The position numbers were made by a program, and so were the translations under genes. Below, piece by piece: positions 38,500 to 48,238 of a DNA stretch of 55,281 bases (position 1 is the stretch's first letter; each line of letters begins with the position of its first letter). The notes beneath the pieces were generated by a model, which was not told the origin of the DNA, searched no databases, and saw only the letters and a program-made list of their open reading frames with translations. The stretch is from the IMG/VR virus record IMGVR_UViG_3300029309_000053, positions 1-55,281 of that record, one strand, 5' to 3'. The stretch comes from a virus. Taxonomy: Duplodnaviria > Caudoviricetes.

Positions 38500-38507
38500 C
38501 AAATATA
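38500..38507 (-). promoter_or_regulatory. -7 promoter element TATATTTG
   Basis: Consensus; 17-nt leader to the ATG at 38482. Confidence 0.65.
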
Positions 38508-38511
38508 ACAA

Positions 38512-38775
38512 TTATCTGTAACGCGAAGTTTTCTTAGCAATAGACTTAGGTTGCTTCACGAATTGCTTTCTTCCTTTGGCTTTGGCTGCGTTCGTAGCTG
38601 CTTTCTCTGAGGAAGACAGCGCGTCCCATGCGGCCTTAGGTAGGTACCGCTTTTTGCCCTTGGACTTTACCTGCTTAGAGCTACCCCTTTTCTTATTCGC
38701 ATGGGTGCCAGAAGTCATCCACTTCTGATCACCCCAGTTCTTGAGGGACTTCTGTGACTTCCGTAATCTAGGCAT
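38512..38775 (-). CDS. small basic protein (DUF5872-like, second half)
   Basis: SQKSLKNWGDQKW...RYLPKAAWDALS..EKAATN...KQFVKQP; start set at MPRLRK (TAATG overlap). Confidence 0.65.
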   Translation of the reverse strand: MPRLRKSQKSLKNWGDQKWMTSGTHANKKRGSSKQVKSKGKKRYLPKAAWDALSSSEKAATNAAKAKGRKQFVKQPKSIAKKTSRYR

Positions 38776-39083
38776 TAATCTCTGTATCCGCCGCCAGCTT
38801 TCTTGTACGCAGATGCCAGCATCTGAGCCTTTCGCGCAGACCACTGACCAGGTCTGCCGCCCTTGCTGCCCGCTTTGATTCGGTTGAATATGCGCTTGCG
38901 CATGCCAGGCTTGGTGTAGTTACCAGCCTCATTAACGCGGCTCTTAGTCTTGCCGCCCTTCTTCATCTCAACCTTTCCGCCAGCCATCTGGTTGCGCTTA
39001 ACACCGCGACCCTTGAGCACGTCGGCGAATGTAACCTTGCCGTCACCTGTCAGATCTGGAAACTTCTTCTTAACCTTTGCCAT
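38775..39083 (-). CDS. small basic protein (EF-hand-like loop plus DUF5872-like first half)
   Basis: PDLTGDGKVTFADVL; NYTKPGMRK...AGSKGGRPGQWSARKAQMLA..YKKAGGGY. Confidence 0.7.
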   Translation of the reverse strand: MAKVKKKFPDLTGDGKVTFADVLKGRGVKRNQMAGGKVEMKKGGKTKSRVNEAGNYTKPGMRKRIFNRIKAGSKGGRPGQWSARKAQMLASAYKKAGGGYRD

Positions 39084-39324
39084 GATTAACGAGCTTAAAT
39101 TCTGCCTTGGCTACAGCTCCAGGGTGAGGCTTATAATCTCCCTTCATTAAGTAATATCTTCCGCCATCAAGCATCCAGTGAAATCCATCTGGAGCGTCCA
39201 CTGACTTCTTACCCTTTAGAAACTGAAGAGACACTTTACCTCCCTTCTTCATTACCTTAACTCCCTTTTTTTTCTTTGGTGGCCTACCTTGCTGGCTACC
39301 GTATGTACCTGGTCCGTCTGGCAT
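39070..39324 (-). CDS. small basic protein
   Basis: GPGTYGSQQGRPPKKK; APDGFHWM motif. Confidence 0.7.
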   Translation of the reverse strand: MPDGPGTYGSQQGRPPKKKKGVKVMKKGGKVSLQFLKGKKSVDAPDGFHWMLDGGRYYLMKGDYKPHPGAVAKAEFKLVNHGKG

Positions 39325-39334
39325 ATTTTTGTTT

Positions 39335-39637
39335 TTAGCAGTTCCACTTTCTAAGAGCCAAAGCTTTGCGCGTTGGCTTCCCGTTTGGTTTTCTCATTGG
39401 CCCCTTAACACCCTTCATGCGTGCGCAGAAAGACTTGCGGCGCTTGGCGGCCTTACTTCCCTTCTTCAGCCTTGACGGAGGTGTAGTCACCGCCGTCTGC
39501 AGCTTGCTCCCTGGGTTGGCAGCTCGATACCTTCTTACACCCTTAGCGGTAAGACCTCCTGAAGCAGACTTGTCTCCGCTTTTTACAGAGAACTTCTTGG
39601 GCATCGTACCCTTAGACTTCTTTCTTACCCTAGGCAT
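39335..39637 (-). CDS. small basic protein (DUF6321-like)
   Basis: GGLTAKG..RYR..NPGSKL...RRKSFCARM.G...ALRKWNC. Confidence 0.7.
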   Translation of the reverse strand: MPRVRKKSKGTMPKKFSVKSGDKSASGGLTAKGVRRYRAANPGSKLQTAVTTPPSRLKKGSKAAKRRKSFCARMKGVKGPMRKPNGKPTRKALALRKWNC

Positions 39638-39641
39638 AGGG

Positions 39642-39649
39642 CAAATATA
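39642..39649 (-). promoter_or_regulatory. -7 promoter element TATATTTG, 4 nt before the ATG
   Basis: Consensus match. Confidence 0.65.
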
Positions 39650-39664
39650 ATCAATAGAGAATTA

Positions 39665-40885
39665 TCAGAGTTCGTGATAAATCGAGATGCACCCTCCAAA
39701 AGAGTTGGCACTAAACGAAGTTCCCGTTCTTGATTTCAAATGAGCTTTCACCCTCAAGAAATCCCCCTTAAACACCTGATGGCCTGATGTTCCTGAACTG
39801 TGATTGTTGAGATCTTCCTCGTGGTACAACATGCCTTCCCCGAATGTAACCCCAGTCATAATTTGCTCTGACCCCCACACTGTCTGGGTTCCATCAGTTA
39901 CGCCGTTTCTGTAAATGTAAACCCCAAGATCGGCGGTGGAAGAGCTTCCTCCTGACTTCTTGCAAGAAAGAGAGACTCCTGTTATCCATCCATCATGGTG
40001 GATGGGTATGCCAACATTGCCATCATGAGGCACCGCGTTGATGCCCCTCATGTCCTGAAACACTGGGTTGGTAAGGTTGTTCGACGTAATCGCTGGGATG
40101 TAACCGAACTGATATGTGGTAAGAAACCTTTGCGTTAGCTGCTTCATGGTTGCACCCCTTGCCTTAACCTGAGCCAACTTGATTTCATTAGAAGTCATCC
40201 CGTCTGTCTCGTCTGGCTCTGAGCAAATGCTAAGGGCCGAATCTGTGTCAAGGGGGTTTGTTGACAAATTTTCCTGGGCCTGCATTACTTCAAAATGCAG
40301 CTCTCCGCCCGTGCCGCCAGTTTTAGGGATTCTAGATATTATCCTAGCATACGTCCTCTCATCACCGCCCAATGCTGAGCTCAAATTGCCATTGAATTTA
40401 ATGGCACCTAAGTTATCATTAGTTGCTGGAGAACTAGAGTCTCTATAAATCACAAGAACTGGATCTTCAGTAGACCCATTATCACCGCTGTCTACAATTC
40501 TTACAGAGTCGCTATTGTTTGTACAGTCAAAAACAAACCTGCTACCTTCAAAGTATCCATGGTTGCCATAAGCCGCGCTGTTCTTAACCCCCAGAACCTG
40601 GTCTCCACCAGATCCTTCTCCACCAAGAAGAAATGAGTTGGTGTAAAGGTCTGTTCTCTGACCGAGTCTAAATTGACTTTCACTGCCTGGGGTAGTACCT
40701 GAATTTAGGTCTATACTTAGACATGCAGCGTCGGCAGCATTTGAAGCATAAGCTGATTCGTTTGAGAATCTAAGGGTGCCAGGAGACGGTATCAGATGAT
40801 ATCTATCCGCGTCACTTTGAGTGAGATCAGCTCCAGCAAGGTTGTCAGTCTCCCCCTCAAGAAGAACCCTTTTCCAAGTAGGCAT
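39665..40885 (-). CDS. tail fibre / receptor-binding protein
   Basis: Begins MPTWK; YRDSSSPATNDNLGAIKFNG fibre-type motif; beta-rich tip. Confidence 0.65.
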   Translation of the reverse strand: MPTWKRVLLEGETDNLAGADLTQSDADRYHLIPSPGTLRFSNESAYASNAADAACLSIDLNSGTTPGSESQFRLGQRTDLYTNSFLLGGEGSGGDQVLGVKNSAAYGNHGYFEGSRFVFDCTNNSDSVRIVDSGDNGSTEDPVLVIYRDSSSPATNDNLGAIKFNGNLSSALGGDERTYARIISRIPKTGGTGGELHFEVMQAQENLSTNPLDTDSALSICSEPDETDGMTSNEIKLAQVKARGATMKQLTQRFLTTYQFGYIPAITSNNLTNPVFQDMRGINAVPHDGNVGIPIHHDGWITGVSLSCKKSGGSSSTADLGVYIYRNGVTDGTQTVWGSEQIMTGVTFGEGMLYHEEDLNNHSSGTSGHQVFKGDFLRVKAHLKSRTGTSFSANSFGGCISIYHEL

Positions 40886-41049
40886 TACTCAGCTACCTTT
40901 TGCTTGCGCTCTTCAAGCTTGCGCAAGCGATCAAACTCCTTGTCAACCTTGGTCTGAAGGGCGTGAACCATACCAGCATCCGTAGCCTTAATCGTTGTAG
41001 CGTCAACGGCCTGCTTAATAAAGTACACTTCTGTGATGTCCAGTTTCAT
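40885..41049 (-). CDS. 54-aa helical protein, possible fibre chaperone (not in the ORF track)
   Basis: MKLDITEVYFIKQAVDATTIKATDAGMVHALQTKVDKEFDRLRKLEERKQKVAE; ATGA and TAATG overlaps. Confidence 0.75.
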   Translation of the reverse strand: MKLDITEVYFIKQAVDATTIKATDAGMVHALQTKVDKEFDRLRKLEERKQKVAE

Positions 41050-41210
41050 GAATTAGATTTTTGAGTTTCTTTTTCGGTAAGCTTCTCTACAATGCTGTGG
41101 ACAATGTAGACTTCCTTACCCTCAAATTTAGTGTCGGAGATCAAACGAAGCAAGTATTGTTTCTCTTGTTTTGTCAGCTCCTTTTTTAATTTACTTGAAA
41201 ATTGAGACAT
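41046..41210 (-). CDS. 54-aa helical protein, possible fibre chaperone (not in the ORF track)
   Basis: MSQFSSKLKKELTKQEKQYLLRLISDTKFEGKEVYIVHSIVEKLTEKETQKSNS; overlaps both neighbours. Confidence 0.75.
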   Translation of the reverse strand: MSQFSSKLKKELTKQEKQYLLRLISDTKFEGKEVYIVHSIVEKLTEKETQKSNS

Positions 41211-42613
41211 TAGTCTATTCTAACATATAGTTCGTCGTTGTCAACCCCATCAACAATTCTGTAAAAAAAGCTACCCTTACCTGCACCGTACGTGCTGCCA
41301 GCTGGGATGGCGCTCCCAAAGTCCATTATTGAAATCGGGTGATCTACATTTGTCTGGGTGTGAGCGTTACTTACCGTCCACCCAGTAAGCCCAGATCCAG
41401 CGGATTGGCCGTTTGTGTTTCCTCCCCCTTCCCCGCTTCTCCATCTAAACTCTGGCCAGTAACTCTCATTGACGTCAAGATTAGTAGCAAGCTGAATACC
41501 ACCACCGTTGGCTGTAGCGATATCTTGGTCATCATCGTCAGTAGTATGAGCAAGCTTAAGCATTTTGTCCGCGATGTCAACATTGGTGACATTCATGGTG
41601 GTGGTTACTCCATTAACCGTGAGATCACCAGGGATGACAACTCCGTAGCCAGCGTTGTCTGAACCTATCGTGACGTTGTGGTTTCCGAGAGATGTGAACA
41701 AGCTAACGTTTGAGCCGTTGGACTGAATCGCATTGCAGTTTGTGATAGCCATGTTTCCAGTCACTCCAGCTATAGAGTCCATTCCAGTGATGGCGGTCGC
41801 CGCAGCGCCCAGGTTTATTTCCGTAGAGCCCACGGTAATACTGTCGTTTGCAAGCGAAACGTTCGCTATACCACCATTAGCAATACCCAAGGTGAAGTTC
41901 CCCGACGTTTCTATGGGGCTGTTGCTTACTTCCAAACCGTCTATCGCAGTGATTCCTACACTGGTTACAGTTCCGTTGGTTGAAGTAGTGTTATTATCTA
42001 TGTAGTCGTAGACCTGACCACCTGTAACAAGATTTGTATTTCCTGAGTCAATACCTCCTGTGGTGTTGGCAGTAATCTGACCATTGCCATTTGTGGCAGT
42101 GAGAGTGATGGTGGTGCCATCGACATCCGCCTTGACTCCGTCCCCGCTGACAGAAATACCATCGTCGCCTACAACAACGAGAGTGTCACTAAATTGACCT
42201 GAGTTAACTGCAGCTCCATCGGCGGTACCAGTGTTGTCGAGACCATTGCCCCCTATTACTTGAACCCCAGTAATTGTTCCAGAGCCCGCCAAGGAGACCT
42301 GAGATGCAACATAGTCAATGATGGCGCCTGTGGTAGCGAACGAGGTGTCGTTGTCATTGGAAGGAAATGACTCCCCCACTATCACCACAGCGTCATCGAC
42401 GAAGTTGCTAACCTCAAGTACGTTTCCTACAGTAGTAGCTATGTTGACAGTGTCGCCTGCGGTAAGGTCGTTACTCACCGAACCAGTAACCTCGCCTGTA
42501 AGGTTGATAGTTACGTTGCCCGAAAGCTCGGTTGCTGTTGCTGCGTTACCAGTTGTATCCTGAGCTATAGTGTCTGCTAAACTCTCAGTTACTATTTTTT
42601 TCCAAGTTGGCAT
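41210..42613 (-). CDS. tail fibre protein
   Basis: Begins MPTWK; Gly/Thr/Asn-rich; GNAATAT, GTVTSVG and GDLTVNGVTTT motifs. Confidence 0.75.
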   Translation of the reverse strand: MPTWKKIVTESLADTIAQDTTGNAATATELSGNVTINLTGEVTGSVSNDLTAGDTVNIATTVGNVLEVSNFVDDAVVIVGESFPSNDNDTSFATTGAIIDYVASQVSLAGSGTITGVQVIGGNGLDNTGTADGAAVNSGQFSDTLVVVGDDGISVSGDGVKADVDGTTITLTATNGNGQITANTTGGIDSGNTNLVTGGQVYDYIDNNTTSTNGTVTSVGITAIDGLEVSNSPIETSGNFTLGIANGGIANVSLANDSITVGSTEINLGAAATAITGMDSIAGVTGNMAITNCNAIQSNGSNVSLFTSLGNHNVTIGSDNAGYGVVIPGDLTVNGVTTTMNVTNVDIADKMLKLAHTTDDDDQDIATANGGGIQLATNLDVNESYWPEFRWRSGEGGGNTNGQSAGSGLTGWTVSNAHTQTNVDHPISIMDFGSAIPAGSTYGAGKGSFFYRIVDGVDNDELYVRID

Positions 42614-42628
42614 TGTGTTTGTTTTCGG

Positions 42629-43192
42629 TTACGAAGATACGCCGTAAAAAAGTTCATCGGAATCATTAGCGTATATGGCTCCCAATGCTGGCGCAGGTGG
42701 AGCGGAAAATCTTTTAAGTTTGATGCGACCATCTAAGGTTACAAACCCTGTAGCCTTGGGGGTCAGCTGTATGTCTTGTGTTGTAAAAGCGATTGATCCG
42801 TCGTTCTCAGCATAGAACGAGGTAAACAGCTTGTTCTGTTGGAGGTCGAGGTCGCCACCGAGTTGCGGTGTTTCATCCTCGACTACGTTCTTCAGGAAGT
42901 CAAGCTCTTGACTAACCCACTGACTCCCGTTGTAAACAAGAATGTCGTCTTCGCTCAAAGTCGCAAAGTTGATGTCGACATCTTGAAGATCATCGAGATC
43001 AAGCGTTCCGCCAGACCCGTCGCCCGCAACACCCTGGTCACCACGAGGTCCCTTAGAAGAGACCTCTACCTTGTATATAGGAGCAGCAGGAATCGTAACA
43101 GTCGTAGCCTTAGTGCTTAAGGCTAGAGTATTCTTTCCGTTGACTGTAACGTCAATCTTATTGTCAGTTGTTGCTGCTACTTCTACTGGCAT
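42629..43192 (-). CDS. tail fibre-associated protein
   Basis: LDDLQDVD...ILVYNGSQWV and VVEDETPQLGGDLDL motifs; short collagen-like GPRGDQG. Confidence 0.65.
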   Translation of the reverse strand: MPVEVAATTDNKIDVTVNGKNTLALSTKATTVTIPAAPIYKVEVSSKGPRGDQGVAGDGSGGTLDLDDLQDVDINFATLSEDDILVYNGSQWVSQELDFLKNVVEDETPQLGGDLDLQQNKLFTSFYAENDGSIAFTTQDIQLTPKATGFVTLDGRIKLKRFSAPPAPALGAIYANDSDELFYGVSS

Positions 43193-43638
43193 TAGATGGC
43201 TGGTCCTGTCGAGAACGCGACGTCTGGGTTAACAATAAACAATCCTTCAAGCACAGTCCTCACCTCGACGCCGTTGGCGTACTGGATGTCGTACACGTAG
43301 GTACCAGCATCTACTGTAGACATAGATGCTGCGTCTACGGTAAATGTAACCTCATTGTACGGAGAGGCTGCCAGTATCTCAGATTGAATCTGAGAGCCTG
43401 TATCCAAGTCTGCAGTGGAGGTTGAAAGAATGGTCTCCTCGTAGATCACGGGGTTGTTGGCTCCCGATGATCTGCCCCCTTGCACGCGCTTGTCCTTTAC
43501 AGACATAGCAAAGGTGTATTGCTGAAGGTCTGTAGGGGACGAGTCACTCTCTGTAAACTTGAGAGTAATGTTCATGCTGTCACCACGCTTGACAATGATG
43601 TCTAGCTTTTCTGATATATCGAGATTAGCTGTAGCCAT
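43192..43638 (-). CDS. tail/fibre adaptor (BppU-like Ig fold)
   Basis: LDIIVKRGDS...DL..YTF.M.V...AGTYVYDIQ...TVLEG.F.V pattern. Confidence 0.6.
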   Translation of the reverse strand: MATANLDISEKLDIIVKRGDSMNITLKFTESDSSPTDLQQYTFAMSVKDKRVQGGRSSGANNPVIYEETILSTSTADLDTGSQIQSEILAASPYNEVTFTVDAASMSTVDAGTYVYDIQYANGVEVRTVLEGLFIVNPDVAFSTGPAI

Positions 43639-46016
43639 TACTCCTGTTCTTGCTGTTGTACTTGAGCGTCAAGCTGCTGGGCTTGTCGCTGATCTTTATT
43701 CTGCTCCTTCATGACCTCGATCTTCTCCTTGAAGTTCTGGTCATCCTCGCGGAAGCCGAGGGTGGCCTGAGCCTTGATCATCTCAATCTCTTTGCGCATC
43801 TCGTGCTTAGCCTGCTCAAGCTGCATGTCGAGCTGAGCCTTGAGCTGCATCTCCTGCTGCTTGATTTGAGCTTCCATCTGGACCTTCTGTTGCTCCGCCT
43901 GTGCCGCCGCCTGTGCGGCCTGCTGAGCCTGCTGTCCTTGAATCTGAGAGTTCTGTGCGGCCTGCTCTTGCTGCTGCTTCATTCTCTTCTTGCGACGCAA
44001 CATCAGCAGCCTCTCGGCCTGATTAACGTCTTTCATATTACGAACAGCAATAGCATCTTCAAGATCAATTTGACCCTGCTGGATAGCCATCTGTATATTC
44101 TGCTCTAGATACTCCTTATCCTTGTCCTCCATGTCTCTAACGACCATTACGCCAAAGTTGTACATAGGGAGTTCTTTAAAGGAATTAAGCACACCCATGT
44201 TAGACTCTCCAATGGCGTTAACATAAATGTTGTATAGTACAGAATCCTCTGGGATAATCTGAACGCACTTGACCACATCTTGACACACTTTCTTGTATAG
44301 GGAGAGTGCTGCGTTTGTGATGTCGTGGATCGCGTTGTTTCCTTGATGGATAGCTATTTGCTGAACCCCAACCAGAGCATCTGCCTTGGGTGTTGTACCA
44401 TCCATCTGCTCGTTGATCCCCGTTGTGTCGCGGATCAACTGCATGTAATGGTTGTACAGACCAATCATCTCGTTGATGTTCCTAATTGCGTTTGGTATCT
44501 GCTGAATAGGTGGTGCTGACGGCGCTCCCTCAGGGGTCTTGCTTCTGTAGTAGAACACACCAGTCTGCTCGTATATATCGTGAAGCTCAAGAGGCTGAAG
44601 CTCTCCGCCCTTACCAAGCTGTACGTTCTCTAAGCCTTCAATGTCTATAATCAAACCATCGGGCTTGGCCTTAGCTACGGCTTGTTGAATCTTGAGGTGC
44701 GTAAGCTGCAGCATGTCTGCAAAACCCGTGCAGCTCTCCACCATAGACTTGGGCACCATTCGCCGCAAGTTGGTTGCAACTACAGAGTAGGACATACGAG
44801 CCTTAGTGATGTCGTGAACATTCTTAGGAACGTTCTTCATTGGACCGTAATCAAACACGCAGTCGGTTCCCACTATGAATTTACCACCATATACAGAGGC
44901 CACCTCCATCTTATGAGGCTTTCTTTCGAAGACGGAATTTTTTCGCTCCTTGTAGTCGTAACCCTTCATGTAAAAATTAGAGTTGCCAAACCTGTTCTCC
45001 TTCTCCTCGAAGTAGATGCAGTCTACAGACACAAACTCGAAAGACATTACGTCAACCATGTATTCGTCGTATCCGTATTCGGTTCTCTGCAGTCTCTCGT
45101 CGTAACGAGTCTTACTGTAGTCCGCAGGATTATTTCCCGCATTAGTCTTTACCTTGTTGGCAATCTCCCTGAAATACTCTTCAGGCTTTTCTCCCGCCAT
45201 CTGACGCTTAAGCTCTCCTATGTTGATTCTCTCCAGGTGGCCAGCATAAACAAGGTCCTCGAAGTTGTGGTCCTCTGTGTAGCTATGAACGAAGTTGACT
45301 GGATCGATATACTTGACAGATATACCGTGAGAAGGATCGTTGTCTCTCTTAGAGACTGCTAGGCCTAATGTAACGATGTCATTGACACACCTCCTGTATG
45401 TTGTATCGTTGAAGTTAGACCATTGCAGGGTCATGTTGGTAGCAATCTGTGCTGCAATCTCTGCGTCAGTCTTGACATTTGTGTCCAAGAAGATCTCAGC
45501 TTCTTCGAGTGAGTCTGGGATTTCTTCGGGGTCTACGTCCAACACAACACCAGTCGTCTCTTTGAGCTGAAGCAGAGCTTGCTTACTCTGCACCTGAACT
45601 CTCATCTTGTCTTTTTTCTTGTTCTTTTCAGAAGAAGACAATGGGTCTACCGACTCCAAGTTGGGGTAAGGGTTGCGAGACAATATCTTGTTCGCCACAA
45701 CACGAACGAACTTAGGAAGTATGGGTACTGGAGTAAAGTCCAGGTTCAACAGGCTGCCATCACCCTTGTTTGGGGATAGAGAGTTGAGAAGCTGCTTGTA
45801 TATGGATGTATCTTGCGTGCCATTTGCGTAGTCTCTACTTCTCTCAAAGGTCTTGTTTCTCTTACCCATGAGGGAGGTTGAGTCTGACTGCTTCCCCCAC
45901 TGAGAGTAAATGGCTCTTGCGTACTGCAGGCCGTACTCTTCAGAAGACTTCTTCGCTCGGTCGGCCAAGGGATCTGGAAAGCTTCCCTTTTTATTAATGT
46001 TGCCAGTACTGTACAT
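43638..46016 (-). CDS. portal protein
   Basis: 792 aa directly downstream of TerL; LDFTPVPILPKFV, IRDTTGINEQMDG; Q-rich coiled-coil C-terminus. Confidence 0.85.
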   Translation of the reverse strand: MYSTGNINKKGSFPDPLADRAKKSSEEYGLQYARAIYSQWGKQSDSTSLMGKRNKTFERSRDYANGTQDTSIYKQLLNSLSPNKGDGSLLNLDFTPVPILPKFVRVVANKILSRNPYPNLESVDPLSSSEKNKKKDKMRVQVQSKQALLQLKETTGVVLDVDPEEIPDSLEEAEIFLDTNVKTDAEIAAQIATNMTLQWSNFNDTTYRRCVNDIVTLGLAVSKRDNDPSHGISVKYIDPVNFVHSYTEDHNFEDLVYAGHLERINIGELKRQMAGEKPEEYFREIANKVKTNAGNNPADYSKTRYDERLQRTEYGYDEYMVDVMSFEFVSVDCIYFEEKENRFGNSNFYMKGYDYKERKNSVFERKPHKMEVASVYGGKFIVGTDCVFDYGPMKNVPKNVHDITKARMSYSVVATNLRRMVPKSMVESCTGFADMLQLTHLKIQQAVAKAKPDGLIIDIEGLENVQLGKGGELQPLELHDIYEQTGVFYYRSKTPEGAPSAPPIQQIPNAIRNINEMIGLYNHYMQLIRDTTGINEQMDGTTPKADALVGVQQIAIHQGNNAIHDITNAALSLYKKVCQDVVKCVQIIPEDSVLYNIYVNAIGESNMGVLNSFKELPMYNFGVMVVRDMEDKDKEYLEQNIQMAIQQGQIDLEDAIAVRNMKDVNQAERLLMLRRKKRMKQQQEQAAQNSQIQGQQAQQAAQAAAQAEQQKVQMEAQIKQQEMQLKAQLDMQLEQAKHEMRKEIEMIKAQATLGFREDDQNFKEKIEVMKEQNKDQRQAQQLDAQVQQQEQE

Positions 46017-46021
46017 TTTTG

Positions 46022-46029
46022 CAAATATA
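46022..46029 (-). promoter_or_regulatory. -7 promoter element TATATTTG, 5 nt before the portal ATG
   Basis: Consensus match. Confidence 0.65.
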
Positions 46030-46034
46030 ATAAA

Positions 46035-48149
46035 TCATCCGATCGTCTTATATCGACGGAAGAATGTCTTCTCCGCAAAGTCTGACTTCGGCTTCTGTTT
46101 TACCTTCTGTGCTGCAAGCAAAGCTAAGCCAGAACTGATTGTCAAGTCGTACTTAGTTCTGTCGTTAATCTTGAAGCCTATCCAGTCCTCTAATGTACGA
46201 TTGAAATACATCTTGCCGTAATCTCCAGTATCGTAGTTTTCACCCACGTTGTCGTGAATATAAGCCTCTATAGATTGAGCGTGCGACTGTATGACGTCTT
46301 GTGAATTAGAGGGGATACCCTTGGTCTTTACATTAACCCTAGAGTTTGCAGCTCTAAGGTGAGCTGGCCTATCCATTAGGTATCCGTCATAACCTCTTGA
46401 TTCAAAGTATCTTACTATTCCATACTTATTGTTTTCCACTAATAGTGGATACCCATAAAAGAAAGCAGCCATAAGCACGTCTTCGTAGAATATCTTGGCT
46501 AGATCAGGCCTAGAGGCGTACTCCACAACAAACATGTTAGACGGGTTCTCCATGTGAAACTTATTATACAGGTGCAGGGCGCCCTTAGACCCCCTTCCGT
46601 CTACAGTGGAATCTAGGTCATAGGAGTCAACCCCTCCGCAACCTCTATCCGAGAAGGGCGGCACTAACCTACCCCTGTCTCGGCGTATAACGTTTCTCTG
46701 TTCCGTTGGCGGCATCCAAGCCACACGGAACCTTCCATTAGGATCTGGAGAGAATACAACCTCCTTATCCTTGTGCTTCCATATAAAGTTACCCTTTACT
46801 ACTGGGTTGGGGTATAGCTCGTCGTTATACTGTATCTGTTGATAAATCTTACTTATGTTGAAGATGCTACCATCAATACTATCCCTAAAGGCCTCATCTT
46901 CACTGAAAGGAAACTGTCTGGTTATCTCGTTCAGCTCTGACGGGTTATCCTTCATGCTGTCGCGTTCGTTCTTCAGGTACGTCTTTGCCCCTTGTATAAC
47001 GCTATCGCCGTCAAGACCATCCACAGGCCTATCAGGATCTTCAATGATTGGTCGTCCATGTACATCAAAAAAACCTTCTAATGATTCGTATGCTGGCACA
47101 AACAGTCTATACAGACCGCTCTTTGTTCTTCCATTTGCGTTTCTGTCCATGGCATCAGAGTCGGACCATAGGTCTTTATACTCTTTGCCGCCCTTATCCA
47201 TCGGGTTTACTGTGCTTCCTACTAGCGCCTTACCTACGACCTTTCGTCCTACAATTAAGCAAGTTCTTTGAATGCGCCATGCGTCCCTTATGTCTGTAGG
47301 CTTCTCCCACTTGCCTGCTTCATCTAGATATAACAGGTGTAGCTTCTCGCCATCGTACGCATTATTCGTAGTGTTTTTCCAGTTAACTACCGTATTAAGA
47401 GCCTCGCCCGTCTGCGAAGTCTTATTGTTCTTCGTGATTCTCTTACTCGGCTCGCGAAAAGCCAACTCCATGCGTGGGTTTGTGGTACCATCTTGAATGG
47501 GTTTAAAGAAGAAGGGGTAATGTCTAAACATCTGCACAACCTTCTTCATGAATATGTTTTCCTGGGCGTCTTTACCAGTCTTAGACTGTATACCCATCAG
47601 CTTATCCTTTACCTGTGTGGCCTCGTCTAGCAAGACGGCAGAGCAGATATTTGTGTATCCGCTCCGCCGACACTTAGTGTATAGCTGGCCCAAGCATCTG
47701 GGGTCTGCCTCACACGCTGCCATGTGCAGAAAGATGTCGCGTTGGAACTCAAGATACGAAGGATATCCTATATCGATTTTTGTCCACTGCAACATCATGT
47801 AGTGTCTACCCGTTATATACGTAGGCCTACCTGCATTAAAAAACCAAAAACCCTCACGCCTACGGCGAAACTCCTCCTCGATATACGGAGAAAACTTTTT
47901 CCGAAACTCCTTGGGCATCTCCCCCCACTCATCCATACTCTTAATACGAGACAATTCTGTAGGCATAGGAAGCCTCTTCCACAGCTGCAAGTGCGCTGGA
48001 TTGCCATATCCTTCAATTTCTTTTTCGGGAGGCTGAGCGGGAAGCAGAATGAGTAAGTCACCACGTTGAATACACTCACCTTTCGTACCGTTGGGACAAA
48101 TTGAGATAGCAGGGAAATCATATTCTTCTATGTCTACAAGAGTGTTCAT
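46035..48149 (-). CDS. terL: terminase large subunit
   Basis: Walker A-like KCRRSGYT, Walker B LLYLDEAGK, coupling motif GST, nuclease GGVDSYD...LVENNK...YDLTISSGLAL. Confidence 0.9.
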   Translation of the reverse strand: MNTLVDIEEYDFPAISICPNGTKGECIQRGDLLILLPAQPPEKEIEGYGNPAHLQLWKRLPMPTELSRIKSMDEWGEMPKEFRKKFSPYIEEEFRRRREGFWFFNAGRPTYITGRHYMMLQWTKIDIGYPSYLEFQRDIFLHMAACEADPRCLGQLYTKCRRSGYTNICSAVLLDEATQVKDKLMGIQSKTGKDAQENIFMKKVVQMFRHYPFFFKPIQDGTTNPRMELAFREPSKRITKNNKTSQTGEALNTVVNWKNTTNNAYDGEKLHLLYLDEAGKWEKPTDIRDAWRIQRTCLIVGRKVVGKALVGSTVNPMDKGGKEYKDLWSDSDAMDRNANGRTKSGLYRLFVPAYESLEGFFDVHGRPIIEDPDRPVDGLDGDSVIQGAKTYLKNERDSMKDNPSELNEITRQFPFSEDEAFRDSIDGSIFNISKIYQQIQYNDELYPNPVVKGNFIWKHKDKEVVFSPDPNGRFRVAWMPPTEQRNVIRRDRGRLVPPFSDRGCGGVDSYDLDSTVDGRGSKGALHLYNKFHMENPSNMFVVEYASRPDLAKIFYEDVLMAAFFYGYPLLVENNKYGIVRYFESRGYDGYLMDRPAHLRAANSRVNVKTKGIPSNSQDVIQSHAQSIEAYIHDNVGENYDTGDYGKMYFNRTLEDWIGFKINDRTKYDLTISSGLALLAAQKVKQKPKSDFAEKTFFRRYKTIG

Positions 48150-48161
48150 GTATAATTGTTG

Positions 48162-48235
48162 TACGCCCGACAGGACTCGAACCTGTGACCGTCTGCTTAG
48201 AAGGCAGATGCTCTATCCATCTGAGCTACGAGCGC
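48162..48235 (-). tRNA. tRNA-Arg (anticodon TCT); CCA not encoded
   Basis: Full cloverleaf: GCGCTCG TA GCTC AGATGGATA GAGC A TCTGC CTTCTAA GCAGA CGGTC ACAGG TTCGAGT CCTGT CGGGCGT A. Confidence 0.95.
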
Positions 48236-48238
48236 ATG

